This document shows, one piece after another, positions 46,984 to 56,794 of a stretch of DNA of 62,141 nucleotides. This stretch comes from Omnitrophica bacterium GWA2_41_15. GTDB lineage: Bacteria > Omnitrophota > Gorgyraeia > Gygaellales > Profunditerraquicolaceae. A program made the translations under genes and the position numbers. How positions within the stretch are numbered: position 1 is the first letter of the stretch; every line of letters begins with the position of its first letter. The stretch covers positions 1 through 62,141 of the forward strand of contig CAKKQZ010000060.1 in the NCBI GenBank assembly GCA_919902445.1. The letters run 5' to 3'. The notes under the pieces were generated by a model. That model was not told where the DNA came from. It did not search any database and saw nothing but the letters and a program-made list of their open reading frames with translations.

Positions 46984-47457
46984 ATGAAAAAAGAAAATAT
47001 AATAGAGATTTTTCTTTTAGTTTTAGTGGTGGCGTCGGTCATTTTACTCCCCCTTGTTATTATAAAAATTGATAAATACTATCTGGCCAGAAAATTTCCT
47101 AAAAATGCACAGGTGATAACCCTTTACGGCATAGCCAAGGGAGGCCTCTGGACCCAGGAACCGGTTAACAGCTTTAATTACTGGTGGAAGAGGTTTAAAC
47201 GTGCAGAAGAAATTCCCATCCGTGATGACGGCACTCCTATTTTTTTCCGCATAACCAGCACAGACGTGGTACACAGTTTTGCTATTCCTCTTTATCGTAT
47301 AGGTCCTTATGATATAAAGCCAGGAGAATTTACAGAGGTTGAACTTAAAACAGATAAAGAATTAGTAGATACGGGCTTTCTCTGTTGGCAATATTGCGAT
47401 AAAGACCACGAACATATGAAAGGCAGATTAGTTATCTTACCTAAAAATGAGGAGTGA
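46984..47457 (+). CDS. N-terminally anchored cupredoxin with CuA-type motif (type B)
   Basis: TM helix. DVVHSF plus CWQYCDKDHEHM (C-x3-C-x3-H-x2-M). Paralogue of 59609-59998. Confidence 0.6.
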   Translation: MKKENIIEIFLLVLVVASVILLPLVIIKIDKYYLARKFPKNAQVITLYGIAKGGLWTQEPVNSFNYWWKRFKRAEEIPIRDDGTPIFFRITSTDVVHSFAIPLYRIGPYDIKPGEFTEVELKTDKELVDTGFLCWQYCDKDHEHMKGRLVILPKNEE

Positions 47458-48110
47458 AAATTTTTAAAAAATTTATTTTTGTTAGCTTTTTAGCAATATT
47501 TTTTTCACTTATTATAGCCAGCCTCTTTCCTGAAGAAGCTAGCCATAAGTATTTCTATCAGGCACCTTGGTTTAAGTTCCTCTGGTTTATTGTTTCTATT
47601 GGTATAATTATTGTTTTTGTTAATTCTGTCCAAAGAAGAGATTTTGGATTTTCTATAATTTACCTGGGCCTTCTTCTTGTTTTACTGGCGGGCCTTTTGG
47701 CATCCTTATTCAAAGAAGAAGGGTTTATGGAGATGAAAAAAGGCCAGACTCAAGATGACTTCTGGATTAATGATGAGTCTTCAAAATCCTTAGGCTTTTC
47801 CCTATCTTTAAAGGATTTTTCAGTGGAATTTTATCCTAAAGAAGTAAAAGGGATGCGTTTTATTAAAGCTTATAAGACTTCCGTAGGAATTAGCAGAAAT
47901 GGGAAATTGCTTAAAGAGGCTACTATCGAAGTAAACAAGCCTTTAACCTTTGAGGGGTTTTGGTTTTATCAGTATGGTTATGAACCTAAGCTTCCTGAGC
48001 AAACTGTCCTGCAAGTAGTTAAAGATCCCGGACTTCCTTTAGCCTATAGTGGATATTTAATTTTGATGTTAGGTCTAGTGTTCTCATTCAGACGCCTATG
48101 GAAAATTTAG
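47454..48110 (+). CDS. ccsB: short ResB/CcsB-like cytochrome c biogenesis protein
   Basis: TM helices flank LSLKDFSVEFYP...EVNKPLTFEGFWFYQYGY...VVKDPGLP, a ResB-like periplasmic pattern. Much shorter than typical ResB. Confidence 0.6.
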   Translation: MKIFKKFIFVSFLAIFFSLIIASLFPEEASHKYFYQAPWFKFLWFIVSIGIIIVFVNSVQRRDFGFSIIYLGLLLVLLAGLLASLFKEEGFMEMKKGQTQDDFWINDESSKSLGFSLSLKDFSVEFYPKEVKGMRFIKAYKTSVGISRNGKLLKEATIEVNKPLTFEGFWFYQYGYEPKLPEQTVLQVVKDPGLPLAYSGYLILMLGLVFSFRRLWKI

Positions 48111-48862
48111 TTTTAATTTTATATTTACTTTCTTTACTTTTCTATTTTTTATCTTATTTTTTTAAACATAAGTTTTTTTCTCGCTTAGGCTTAATATTTT
48201 TAAGCACAGGACTCCTGTGTAGCTTCTATTTAGCAAGCACACATTTTTATACTACTCAACGCTTACCCTTAACTAACACATCTGAGACTCTTTTTTCACT
48301 GGTTACTCTTGTGGTTCTAGTGTATCTGGCATTAGAATGGAAGTTAGGATTGCCCAGAATATTGGGCTTGAGTGTTAGCTTGATTTCTCTTTCAGGTCTA
48401 TATTTAGCCTTTTACTTTTTCAAAAAGCCTTTGTTGCCTTTACTGCCTGCCCTGCAGAGCAGATGGCTGGTTTTTCATGTTTCAAGTTGTATTGTTGCTT
48501 ATGGTTTTTTTACCCTTGCATTTATCTGCGCAATAATTTACCTTGCCAGGAGCAATCCCGCGCTCATTATTTTCTCTATTATGCACCGTTCTATCTCTGT
48601 GGGGTTTTTATTTCTAACGCTGGGAATAATCTTGGGTTCAATCTGGGGTAAGTCTGCGTGGGGGCACTGGTGGAATTGGGATCCCAAGGAGACCTGGGCG
48701 TTAATTACCTGGTTTATTTATGCTGGCTATATGCATGCCAAATTATTTGGTAATTGGCCTAAAAGGAAACTTGCCCAAATAGCCGTCTTAGGATTTTTGT
48801 CTTGTCTTTTTACTTACCTAGGTGTAAATTATATTTTAAGAGGTTTACATAGCTATGCGTAA
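48098..48862 (+). CDS. ccsA: cytochrome c assembly protein CcsA (system II)
   Basis: Trp-rich WAWGHWWNWDPKETWALITW motif and polytopic profile. Confidence 0.85.
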   Translation: MENLVLILYLLSLLFYFLSYFFKHKFFSRLGLIFLSTGLLCSFYLASTHFYTTQRLPLTNTSETLFSLVTLVVLVYLALEWKLGLPRILGLSVSLISLSGLYLAFYFFKKPLLPLLPALQSRWLVFHVSSCIVAYGFFTLAFICAIIYLARSNPALIIFSIMHRSISVGFLFLTLGIILGSIWGKSAWGHWWNWDPKETWALITWFIYAGYMHAKLFGNWPKRKLAQIAVLGFLSCLFTYLGVNYILRGLHSYA

Positions 48863-49652
48863 AAATAAAATTAAAAATCAAAAAACTCTGCCAGAGAACG
48901 CGGTATATTCACCAATAATTATGGTGGAAAAAATAAAAATTATATTTGGCCTTTTACATTTTGTATCTGTCTTGTTGTTGCCTAGCATTGGATTTTGTGA
49001 CGTCTTGCGTTTGAGAGAAGTCCCAAAAGACAAAGAGGGAAATGAAGTTGAAATCTTGGAGGAAAAAGCAGACGCCTTTATTATTAAGGTTCCCAAGGAC
49101 GAGATTGAAGTAATCCTGAGAAAGCGCCCCACAGAGGCGAAGCTTTGGCATGAAAAACGAATTCTCTGGGAAGAAACCGGCGACTACATAACTATTTATT
49201 TACCAAAAGAAAAGATTATACTTCCTGAGGACTATAAAGGCGATGAATATGATGCCGCCAAAGGCTTAAAAAAAGAACTAACCTCAACAGGAGCTGAAGG
49301 AAGGCCTCCGGAGGCTACTTTTTGGAAAGGCACAAGCAAGATAACTGGTAGAATTTTAAATGGAGGAAACCCTTTATCTGGAGTTAAGATTAGAATTGTC
49401 AATGTTCCTTCTCAGGTGAGCGCGCTCTCCCAGATTCTTGGACCAAAGGTAGAAAGTCAGAAGGAATTGGTCTTTGATGCTACGACAAATGAATTAGGCT
49501 GGTATGAGTTAACTAATATCCCTATGGGAGAATATGATATCTTTTGGTCACTTCCCGGCAGTGAAAGTTGGTATCGCAAGCTAAGTGAAAAACCCAACAT
49601 CACCGTAAGACCGGGTGAGACAGTAAATTATCCAGATATAGAAACAAAATAG
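48855..49652 (+). CDS. secreted hypothetical protein with a CarboxypepD_reg-like C-terminal domain
   Basis: Hydrophobic N-terminus. ITGRILNGGNPLSGVKIRIVN and GWYELTNIPMGEYDIFW. Start codon is uncertain. Confidence 0.4.
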   Translation: MRKNKIKNQKTLPENAVYSPIIMVEKIKIIFGLLHFVSVLLLPSIGFCDVLRLREVPKDKEGNEVEILEEKADAFIIKVPKDEIEVILRKRPTEAKLWHEKRILWEETGDYITIYLPKEKIILPEDYKGDEYDAAKGLKKELTSTGAEGRPPEATFWKGTSKITGRILNGGNPLSGVKIRIVNVPSQVSALSQILGPKVESQKELVFDATTNELGWYELTNIPMGEYDIFWSLPGSESWYRKLSEKPNITVRPGETVNYPDIETK

Positions 49653-49657
49653 CGAAA

Positions 49658-50752
49658 ATGGACTTTTTGATTTTAGGGTTAAATCATAAAACTGCGCCTG
49701 TAGAAATTAGAGAAAGGGTTTCTTTTTCTACATCCGGTATTTCCTGCGCCTTAAGACTCTTACAAAAATACCCTTTTGTTAGTGAGTCTCTTATACTTTC
49801 TACCTGTAACCGAGTTGAGCTCTATGCAGTTGTGGAAGATAAAGTAGAAGGTTTAAAGAGCCTTAAAGAATTTCTATACCGATATCATGAACTCAAAGAT
49901 TCCTTAGACCCGTATCTTTATTTTTATGAAAATGAGCTTGCGCTTAGACATACCTTTAGAGTTACATCATCATTAGACTCTATGGTCGTAGGAGAAAATC
50001 AGATACTCCATCAGGTAAGGCAGGCGTATCTGAGGGCGCAGGAAGCAGGTTCAACGGGTAGAGTTTTAACTTCCGTCTTTCAGGAGGCCTTGCGGGTGGC
50101 AAAGATGGCGCGCACTCAAACTGGAATCAATAAAGGAGCCGTTTCCATAGGTAGTGTAGCTGTAGAATTGGCAAAGGAGATATTAAAGGATTTAAAAGAT
50201 AAAAAAATATTAATTATTGGTGCAGGAAAAGTTAGTGAGCTAACAGTAAAAAACTTAGCAGAGCGAGGAGTAAATTTAATTCTGGTGGCAAACCGTACCT
50301 TTGAAAATGCTCTAAAGCTTGCCCAAATCTTTCAAGGTGAGGCTATAAAGTTTGATAAGTTAAATGAGGTTTTAAAAGAGGTTGATATTGTAATCAGTTC
50401 TACCAATTCTCCCCATTATATTTTAAGAAAAAAAGATATACTTTCAGTTATTAGTGAAAGAGGCCATAAGCCATTATTTCTTATCGACTTAAGCGTTCCC
50501 AGAAATATAGAACACGCTGTCTCAGAGATCAAAGATACGCATCTTTATAATATTGATGACCTTCAGAAGATAAGCCAGTTAAATCTAAAGGAAAGATTAA
50601 AAGAAGCCCATAAAGCAGAGAAAATAGTTAAAGAAGAATCAGATAAGTTTTATGCTAAGATAACAGATATCTTTTTATATGGGCATATGATTGTTGATGT
50701 GAAAGAGGCAATGATGGGATGTTTAAACATCCCCTTTGTGGGTAGTTCATAA
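49658..50752 (+). CDS. hemA: glutamyl-tRNA reductase
   Basis: LGLNHKTAPVEIRE, LSTCNRVELY, GENQIL, IGAGK. C-terminal dimerisation region is shorter than usual. Confidence 0.9.
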   Translation: MDFLILGLNHKTAPVEIRERVSFSTSGISCALRLLQKYPFVSESLILSTCNRVELYAVVEDKVEGLKSLKEFLYRYHELKDSLDPYLYFYENELALRHTFRVTSSLDSMVVGENQILHQVRQAYLRAQEAGSTGRVLTSVFQEALRVAKMARTQTGINKGAVSIGSVAVELAKEILKDLKDKKILIIGAGKVSELTVKNLAERGVNLILVANRTFENALKLAQIFQGEAIKFDKLNEVLKEVDIVISSTNSPHYILRKKDILSVISERGHKPLFLIDLSVPRNIEHAVSEIKDTHLYNIDDLQKISQLNLKERLKEAHKAEKIVKEESDKFYAKITDIFLYGHMIVDVKEAMMGCLNIPFVGSS

Positions 50753-50795
50753 AAAGCCTTGACAATCGCAATGGTTAGTTATATTTTTTGAATTG

Positions 50796-51176
50796 ATGGC
50801 TAATACAAAAATACTGATAGTTGACGACGAAAAAGAGATATTAGATGCCTTAAGCAGTATTTTAAAGCGCGCTAACTATAAAGTTTTCCACAACTAAAGG
50901 AAAAGAGGCGGTTGATTAGCCAAAAAAATAATTCCTGACGCAATTATCCTGGACATTATGATGCCTGATATGTCAGGAGATGAAGTTACTGCCGCGCTAT
51001 TAAAAGGCCATTCCACTGCAAAAATCCCCATAATATTCTTAACCGCAATCCTTACCAAAGAAGAAGAAATGGTAAGAGGAAATTTTGGCAGGCAGTTTGT
51101 CATAGTAAAGCCTACCACCGTAGAGAAAATCCTGGAAATGGTTAAGAACGTCCTTGCCGCTAATCCAGCCAGTTAA
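50796..51176 (+). pseudogene. response-regulator receiver with a compensated pair of frameshifts
   Basis: MANTKILIVDDEKEILD...KVF in frame A. STTKGKEAVD is readable only in frame +1 (50887-50916). LAKKIIPDAIILDIMMPDMSGDEV...VIVKP is back in frame A. Frame A has TAA at 50895 and TGA at 50913. Confidence 0.65.
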
Positions 51177-51207
51177 ATCTTAAATGACACCCAGCATACT
51201 AAAAAAC

Positions 51208-51235
51208 TTGACACCTGTGAGTTTTATATTATACT
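51208..51235 (+). promoter_or_regulatory. sigma70-type promoter (TTGACA-16 nt-TATACT)
   Basis: -35 at 51208-51213 and -10 at 51230-51235, upstream of the Rrf2 gene. Confidence 0.5.
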
Positions 51236-51272
51236 AATTTAAGATAAAAATAGTCCCAAATAAAATCAACCC

Positions 51273-51677
51273 ATGCAATTTATCCTACGCAATTCTGACT
51301 ACGCATTAAGAAGCCTCAGCTTTTTGGCAGGCCTTCCTAGGGGTAAGAAAATCAAAGTAAGCACAATAGCGGAAAAACAGGATCTGCCCCCTGCTTTTTT
51401 AAGGAAGATCCTTCTTAAGCTATCCAAGGCGAGGATTGTTGAGTCCAGATCCGGGCCCTGCGGAGGTTTCTCTTTGTCAAGGAAGCCGTCTCAGATTAGC
51501 TTAAAAGAGGTTTTAGAGGCGGTTCAGGGCCGCGTTTCCCTGAATGACTGCCTGTATGATTCTAATTTCTGCAGCCGCTGGAGAAGGTGCAGTGTCAGGC
51601 CGGGGTTATCCGTAATACAGGATAAGTTAATAGGCCTGCTCGATGAATGTAATCTCGGGGATTTTCTTAAGTTATGA
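51273..51677 (+). CDS. Rrf2-family (IscR/NsrR-like) Fe-S transcriptional regulator
   Basis: N-terminal wHTH (DYALRSLSFLA) and a three-Cys cluster CLYDSNFCSRWRRC. The stop codon overlaps the start of the molybdoenzyme gene. Confidence 0.85.
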   Translation: MQFILRNSDYALRSLSFLAGLPRGKKIKVSTIAEKQDLPPAFLRKILLKLSKARIVESRSGPCGGFSLSRKPSQISLKEVLEAVQGRVSLNDCLYDSNFCSRWRRCSVRPGLSVIQDKLIGLLDECNLGDFLKL

Positions 51678-54600
51678 AAAAAATAACACGTAAGCAGTTT
51701 TTAAAGATTTCCCTTGCTTCTTTTGCCGGGTTAATGATGAGTAAGCCGCTCCTTGCAAGCCTCAAGGTAATCCCTGAAGTAGATGATCCATTGCAATATT
51801 ATCCTGATAGGGACTGGGAGAAGATTTACCGCGACCAGTATAGGTATGACTCAACCTTTCACTTCCTATGCGCGCCCAATGATACGCATAACTGTTTATT
51901 AAAGGCTTATGTAAAGAACGATACTGTAATCAAAATAGGCCCGAGTTACGGATACGGAAAGGCAAAGGATATTTACGGTAATCAGGCAAGCCACAGGTGG
52001 GATCCCCGCCTTTGCCAAAAAGGATTGGCTTTAATCCGCAGGATCTACGGCCCAAGAAGAGTGAAGTATCCGATGGTAAGGGAGGGTTTTAAGAAATGGC
52101 TGGATGCAGGATTCCCGAGGGATGAACTGGGGAGGATTCCTCAGGAGTACATTAACCGCGGGAAAGAATCATTTGTAAAGGTTACCTTTGAAGAGGCGAG
52201 CGAGATCGTAGCAAAGGCAATGGTTAATATCGCAACTACTTACACCGGGGATACCGGCAAAGAATTACTGACTAAACAGGGATATGATGAAGCGATGATT
52301 GAGGCAATGAAAGGTGCCGGGACGCAGGTATTAAAGGTACGCGGCGGAATGCCGCTTTTAGGCGCAACCAGGATTTTTGGATTCCAACGTTTTGCTAATT
52401 CCATTGCCTTGCTTGATGATAAAATCAGGAATGTTGGAAAAGAGAACGCCATAGGCGCGCGCAGCTGGGATAGTTATTCTTGGCATACGGATTTGCCTCC
52501 GGGCCACACCATGGTCTGCGGCCAGCAGACAATAGATTTTGATTTAGCCACGGTAGAAAATTCAAAGATAGTGATCTGCTGGGGGATGAACTGGATTTCA
52601 ACCAAGATGCCCGACGCGCATTGGCTCACCGAGGCAAGGGTTAAAGGGACAAAGGTAATAACAATAGCTTGCGAATACCAGTCTACCTCCAATAAGGCAG
52701 ACGCAGCGATAGTCATCCGTCCGGGAAGCGACACTGCTTTTGCGCTGGGGATGGCCAATATTATAATCAGCGAGAAACTTTATGACGTTGATTTTATAAA
52801 AGCCCAGACAGACCTCCCGTTTTTAGTGCGTATGGATACCCTTAAACTTTTAAAGCCGCAGGATGTTATACGTGATTATAAAAATAAGGAATTGCAAAAT
52901 ACGCAGGTTCTTAAAAAAGGAGAAGAAGCCCTAGCGCCTATAAAACAGGACCGCCAGGTAATCGCGGAAAATTTGCGGGAAGAATGGGGAGATTTTCTCG
53001 TATGGAGCCTTGATAAAAATAAAATAGAGGTGATTAGCAGGGATGATGCCGCGGTTGCGGGTAATTTTGCCCTGGAAGGAGAATTTACCCTTGAAACAGT
53101 TGACGGCAAGAAAATTACTGCGCGCCCGGTATTTGATTTAGTAAAAGAGAATGCCTCTTATTTTACTCCGGAAGTAACAAGCGATATCTGCCATGTGAGC
53201 AAAGAGGCGGTAGTTGAGCTTGCGCGTCAAATAGCCGCAGATAAATCCCAAACCTTAATCGCTGTCGGCATGGGGCCAAATCACTTCTTTAATAATGACC
53301 TTAAAGACCGCGCGATATTCCTCGTATGCGCCCTGACAAAAAACATCGGATTCCATAGCGGTAATATAGGCAGTTTCGCCGGAAATTACCGCGGCGCGTA
53401 TTTTAACGGACTGCCTTTTTATATTACAGAAGACCCGTTCAATATAGAATTAGAGCCGGAGAAATTACCGCATAAAAAATCTTACTACAAGGCAGAGTCA
53501 GCGCATTATTATAATTACGGCGATAGGCCTTTACGGGTAGGCAACAAGCTTTTTACAGGTAAGACCCACATACCCACCCCTACTAAATTTATGTGGTTTG
53601 GAAACGGAAATTCCATTCTCGGCAATTTGAAGTGGCACCATGATTTTGTGATGAACACCCTCCCTAAGATAGAATGTGTAGTGGTTAACGAATGGTGGTG
53701 GACTGCATCCTGCGAATACGCTGATGTTGTCTTTGCGGTTGATTCCTGGGCGGAGTTTAAATTCCCGGATATGACAGCCGCCGTGACAAACCCGTTTTTT
53801 CAAATATTTCCCCGCACGCCTTTAAAAAGGCTGCACGACACAAGAAGCGATATTGAGACATTTGCGCAGGTAAGCAAGGCGCTGGCAGCAATTACAGGCG
53901 ACAGCCGTTTTATTGACTACTGGAAATTCGTGCATGAAGGCAAAGTTGAAACTTATTTACAAAGGATAATCGATAATTCGAGCACGCTTAAAGGTTATAA
54001 TATAGAAGAAGTAGAGGCGAATGCAAAAGAAGGGATACCCGCTTTGATTATGACGCGCACCTATCCGAAAATAATGGGTTGGGAGCAGTCAAATGAAAAC
54101 AAGCCGCATTATACAAAATCGGGAAGGATGGAGTTTTACCGGGATGAAAACGAATTTTTAGAGTACGGTGAAAATATTCCGGTGCACCGCGAGCCTGTGG
54201 ATGCGACTTTTTATGAGCCGAATGTTATTGTCTGCGGAGCAAAAGATTTAATCAGGCCCAAGGGCCCGCAGGATTACGGATTATCCCTTGAGGATCAATC
54301 CTGCGAAGTGAGGCAGGTGCGCAATGTGGTGGTTGCCCCGGCAAATCTTACAAAAACCAAACATCCAAGAATAAAAGACGGCTTAGCATTTATTTATATC
54401 ACCCCTAAGTACCGCCACGGAGCGCATACGACTCCGGTTGATACCGATATTATCTCCATGTGGTTCGGCCCGTTCGGCGACCCGTATCGCAGGGACAACA
54501 GGATGCCCTGGGTCGGCGAAGGTTATGTGGATATAAACCCTGAAGACGCCAAGGAATCAGGTATCGAAGACGGGGATTACGTATATATTGACGCTGATCC

Positions 54601-55096
54601 TGATGACAGGCCTTTCAGGGGTTGGCAGAAAAAACCTGAAGACTATAAAGTGCACCGGGCGATGATGCGCGCAAGATATTATCTTGGTATTCCAAGGGGG
54701 ATTTTACGCTCGTGGTTTAATATGTACGTTGCTACCTACGGCTCAGTTGAAGGGCATGAGCAGAATTCGGATAAACTCGCCAGAAACCCGCGCACTGGAT
54801 ATCAGGCGATGTTTAGATACGGGTCGCATCAATCGGCAACAAGGGCGTGGCTTAAGCCGACCTTGATGACAGACTCCTTGGCAAGGAAAGAATACTTCGG
54901 CCAGGTTATAGGAAAAGGTTTTGCCGCCGATATCTACTGCACTACCGGAGCTCCGAAAGAATCATTTGTAAAGATAAGCAAGGCAGAGGATGGCGGGATA
55001 AAGGATAAATTATGGCGGCCTGCAAAATTGGGTTTGCGCCCGGGATATGAAACTGAAGCAATGAAAAAATTCCTCAAGGGAGAATTTATTACATGA
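51674..55096 (+). CDS. type II DMSO-reductase-family molybdopterin oxidoreductase, alpha subunit (Nxr/Nar/Ser/Ebd-like, periplasmic)
   Basis: 1140 aa. Tat-like TRKQFLK signal. N-terminal Fe-S site [12 protein letters not shown]...C. Length and pattern match NarG/NxrA-type catalytic subunits. Confidence 0.85.
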   Translation: MKKITRKQFLKISLASFAGLMMSKPLLASLKVIPEVDDPLQYYPDRDWEKIYRDQYRYDSTFHFLCAPNDTHNCLLKAYVKNDTVIKIGPSYGYGKAKDIYGNQASHRWDPRLCQKGLALIRRIYGPRRVKYPMVREGFKKWLDAGFPRDELGRIPQEYINRGKESFVKVTFEEASEIVAKAMVNIATTYTGDTGKELLTKQGYDEAMIEAMKGAGTQVLKVRGGMPLLGATRIFGFQRFANSIALLDDKIRNVGKENAIGARSWDSYSWHTDLPPGHTMVCGQQTIDFDLATVENSKIVICWGMNWISTKMPDAHWLTEARVKGTKVITIACEYQSTSNKADAAIVIRPGSDTAFALGMANIIISEKLYDVDFIKAQTDLPFLVRMDTLKLLKPQDVIRDYKNKELQNTQVLKKGEEALAPIKQDRQVIAENLREEWGDFLVWSLDKNKIEVISRDDAAVAGNFALEGEFTLETVDGKKITARPVFDLVKENASYFTPEVTSDICHVSKEAVVELARQIAADKSQTLIAVGMGPNHFFNNDLKDRAIFLVCALTKNIGFHSGNIGSFAGNYRGAYFNGLPFYITEDPFNIELEPEKLPHKKSYYKAESAHYYNYGDRPLRVGNKLFTGKTHIPTPTKFMWFGNGNSILGNLKWHHDFVMNTLPKIECVVVNEWWWTASCEYADVVFAVDSWAEFKFPDMTAAVTNPFFQIFPRTPLKRLHDTRSDIETFAQVSKALAAITGDSRFIDYWKFVHEGKVETYLQRIIDNSSTLKGYNIEEVEANAKEGIPALIMTRTYPKIMGWEQSNENKPHYTKSGRMEFYRDENEFLEYGENIPVHREPVDATFYEPNVIVCGAKDLIRPKGPQDYGLSLEDQSCEVRQVRNVVVAPANLTKTKHPRIKDGLAFIYITPKYRHGAHTTPVDTDIISMWFGPFGDPYRRDNRMPWVGEGYVDINPEDAKESGIEDGDYVYIDADPDDRPFRGWQKKPEDYKVHRAMMRARYYLGIPRGILRSWFNMYVATYGSVEGHEQNSDKLARNPRTGYQAMFRYGSHQSATRAWLKPTLMTDSLARKEYFGQVIGKGFAADIYCTTGAPKESFVKISKAEDGGIKDKLWRPAKLGLRPGYETEAMKKFLKGEFIT

Positions 55097-56235
55097 ACTA
55101 TAAGGTTTATAACTGGCAATTAAAACGCCAGATGGATTATAAATACCCGGATAACCGGCCTAAAAAGCAGGTTGCCTGGGTTTTTGATACCAATAAATGC
55201 ATTGCCTGCCAGACCTGCACGCTTGCCTGCAAGAATGCCTGGACATCCGGAAAGGGCCAGGAGTATATGTGGTGGAATAATGTAGAGTCCAAGCCCTGGG
55301 GATTTTATCCGTTAGGTTGGGATGTGCGGCTTCTGGAAAAATTAGGGCCCCAGGACTGGAAGGGGGATAAATATATAGGTAAGACCATTTTTGAAAGCGC
55401 ACCCGAAGGCGAGGAGGTGTTGGGGATTACACCGGAAGTAGTTGAGTGGGTGTACCCGAATATCGGAGAAGATGAGGTGAGCAGCATTATACATAATAAG
55501 GATTATATAAAGATCCCGCAGCAGCCATGGATGTTTTATTTACAGAGGATCTGTAATCACTGCACCTATCCCGGCTGTTTGGCTGCCTGTCCGAGGAAGT
55601 CTATTTATAAAAGGCAGGAGGACGGGATAGTCCTTATCGACCAGGAAAGATGCCGCGGGTACCAGGAGTGCGTGCAGGGCTGCCCGTATAAAAAATCGAT
55701 GTTTAGGCCTCATACGCAAAAGTCAGAAAAATGCATCTCTTGTTATCCCGCAGTAGAAAAGGGAATGCAGACCCAGTGCGTGATAAATTGTATCGGAAAA
55801 ATTAGGTTATTCGGTTTTAAAGGCAGATACGGCTCGCCGCGCGAAGATAACCCTATAGACTACCTCATACATTTTAAAAAAATTGCCTTGCCGCTTTATC
55901 CGCAGTTTGGCACTGAGCCGAATGTTTATTATATCCCGCCGATAAATGTCCCGCACGCCTTTAACCAGCAATTATTCGGCCCCGGCTCGAAAAAGTCCGT
56001 TGAGTCATACAAAAAGGCTGTTGAGGATAAGCGCCTTATAGGGCTGCTGATGCTTTTCGGCGCTACTGATTTGATTATTGATTCATTTGATGTCAAGGGG
56101 GGTATAAATGACGGCTTTTGCATCGGCTATAACGATAAGGGTGAAGAGATTGTAAGGGTTCCTTTAAAAGAGCCGGTTATTATTAGGAAAGAATATGATG
56201 AAGAGCGAGATGTGCGTAGAGTTAGTATTACCTAA
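55093..56235 (+). CDS. Fe-S beta subunit (NarH/NxrB-like)
   Basis: Four Cys groups: CIACQTCTLAC, CNHCTYPGCLAACP, CRGYQECVQGCP, CISCYP...CVINC. Confidence 0.85.
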   Translation: MNYKVYNWQLKRQMDYKYPDNRPKKQVAWVFDTNKCIACQTCTLACKNAWTSGKGQEYMWWNNVESKPWGFYPLGWDVRLLEKLGPQDWKGDKYIGKTIFESAPEGEEVLGITPEVVEWVYPNIGEDEVSSIIHNKDYIKIPQQPWMFYLQRICNHCTYPGCLAACPRKSIYKRQEDGIVLIDQERCRGYQECVQGCPYKKSMFRPHTQKSEKCISCYPAVEKGMQTQCVINCIGKIRLFGFKGRYGSPREDNPIDYLIHFKKIALPLYPQFGTEPNVYYIPPINVPHAFNQQLFGPGSKKSVESYKKAVEDKRLIGLLMLFGATDLIIDSFDVKGGINDGFCIGYNDKGEEIVRVPLKEPVIIRKEYDEERDVRRVSIT

Positions 56236-56794
56236 ATCAAAAGCGTTATCAAGCCAATTCGAAAAAGTTGCGCAGGAGAGGCTGTTTGCTTATAAAATGT
56301 TTTCTGCGGCGTTCAATTATCCAGACGATACCTTTTTAAGTTTTTTCCCGGAAGAAAATAAAGAAAAGCTTTTACCGGAATATGATTCGCTTTTCCGCGC
56401 CAATGAAATCTGGCTTTATAGCACAGAGTATTTGGCTGAAAATGAATTCCAGAGGGCAAATTTCCTTGCCGATATATCCGGTTTTTACCGCGCCTTCGGG
56501 CTAGAAATAGATAAAGAAAGGCCTGATTTCCTGGCCACGGAGCTTGAATTTATGCATTTTCTGATTTTTAAGCAGATGTACGCTCTTTGCCGTAATATCA
56601 ATGATTCAAAAGAAAAAGCCGCCATATGCCTTGATGCTCAAAAAAAGTTTTTCAATACATATATTTATCCCTCAGCAAAAAGAATCGCTCAAAAAGTTAT
56701 TGGCAAGAGCAAAGCGGGCTTTTATAAAAGAAAAGCGATAGAGATGCTTGAGTTTCTTGAGTTAGAAATGAAATACATGGAAAAGAAGAAATGA
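56195..56794 (+). CDS. TorD/NarJ-family maturation chaperone (delta subunit)
   Basis: RLFAYKMFSAAFNYP...YDSLF...PDFLATELEFMHFL matches the TorD-like pattern. Start is uncertain because of a 41-nt overlap with the beta subunit. Confidence 0.65.
   Translation: MMKSEMCVELVLPKSKALSSQFEKVAQERLFAYKMFSAAFNYPDDTFLSFFPEENKEKLLPEYDSLFRANEIWLYSTEYLAENEFQRANFLADISGFYRAFGLEIDKERPDFLATELEFMHFLIFKQMYALCRNINDSKEKAAICLDAQKKFFNTYIYPSAKRIAQKVIGKSKAGFYKRKAIEMLEFLELEMKYMEKKK

Noticed and set aside
43641-47457. Interpreting the CuA-motif proteins as subunit II of a heme-copper oxidase, or as NosZ fragments
   Set aside because: No subunit I/III, nosZ or nosDFY genes are present in the window. The proteins are only 129-169 aa with a single cupredoxin domain. 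An oxidase encoded elsewhere cannot be excluded.
56195-56235. 41-nt overlap between the beta subunit and the TorD-like chaperone gene as a possible programmed frameshift
   Set aside because: There is no slippery heptamer. A downstream start (for example Met at 56210, or later) is equally possible, so this is just start-codon uncertainty.
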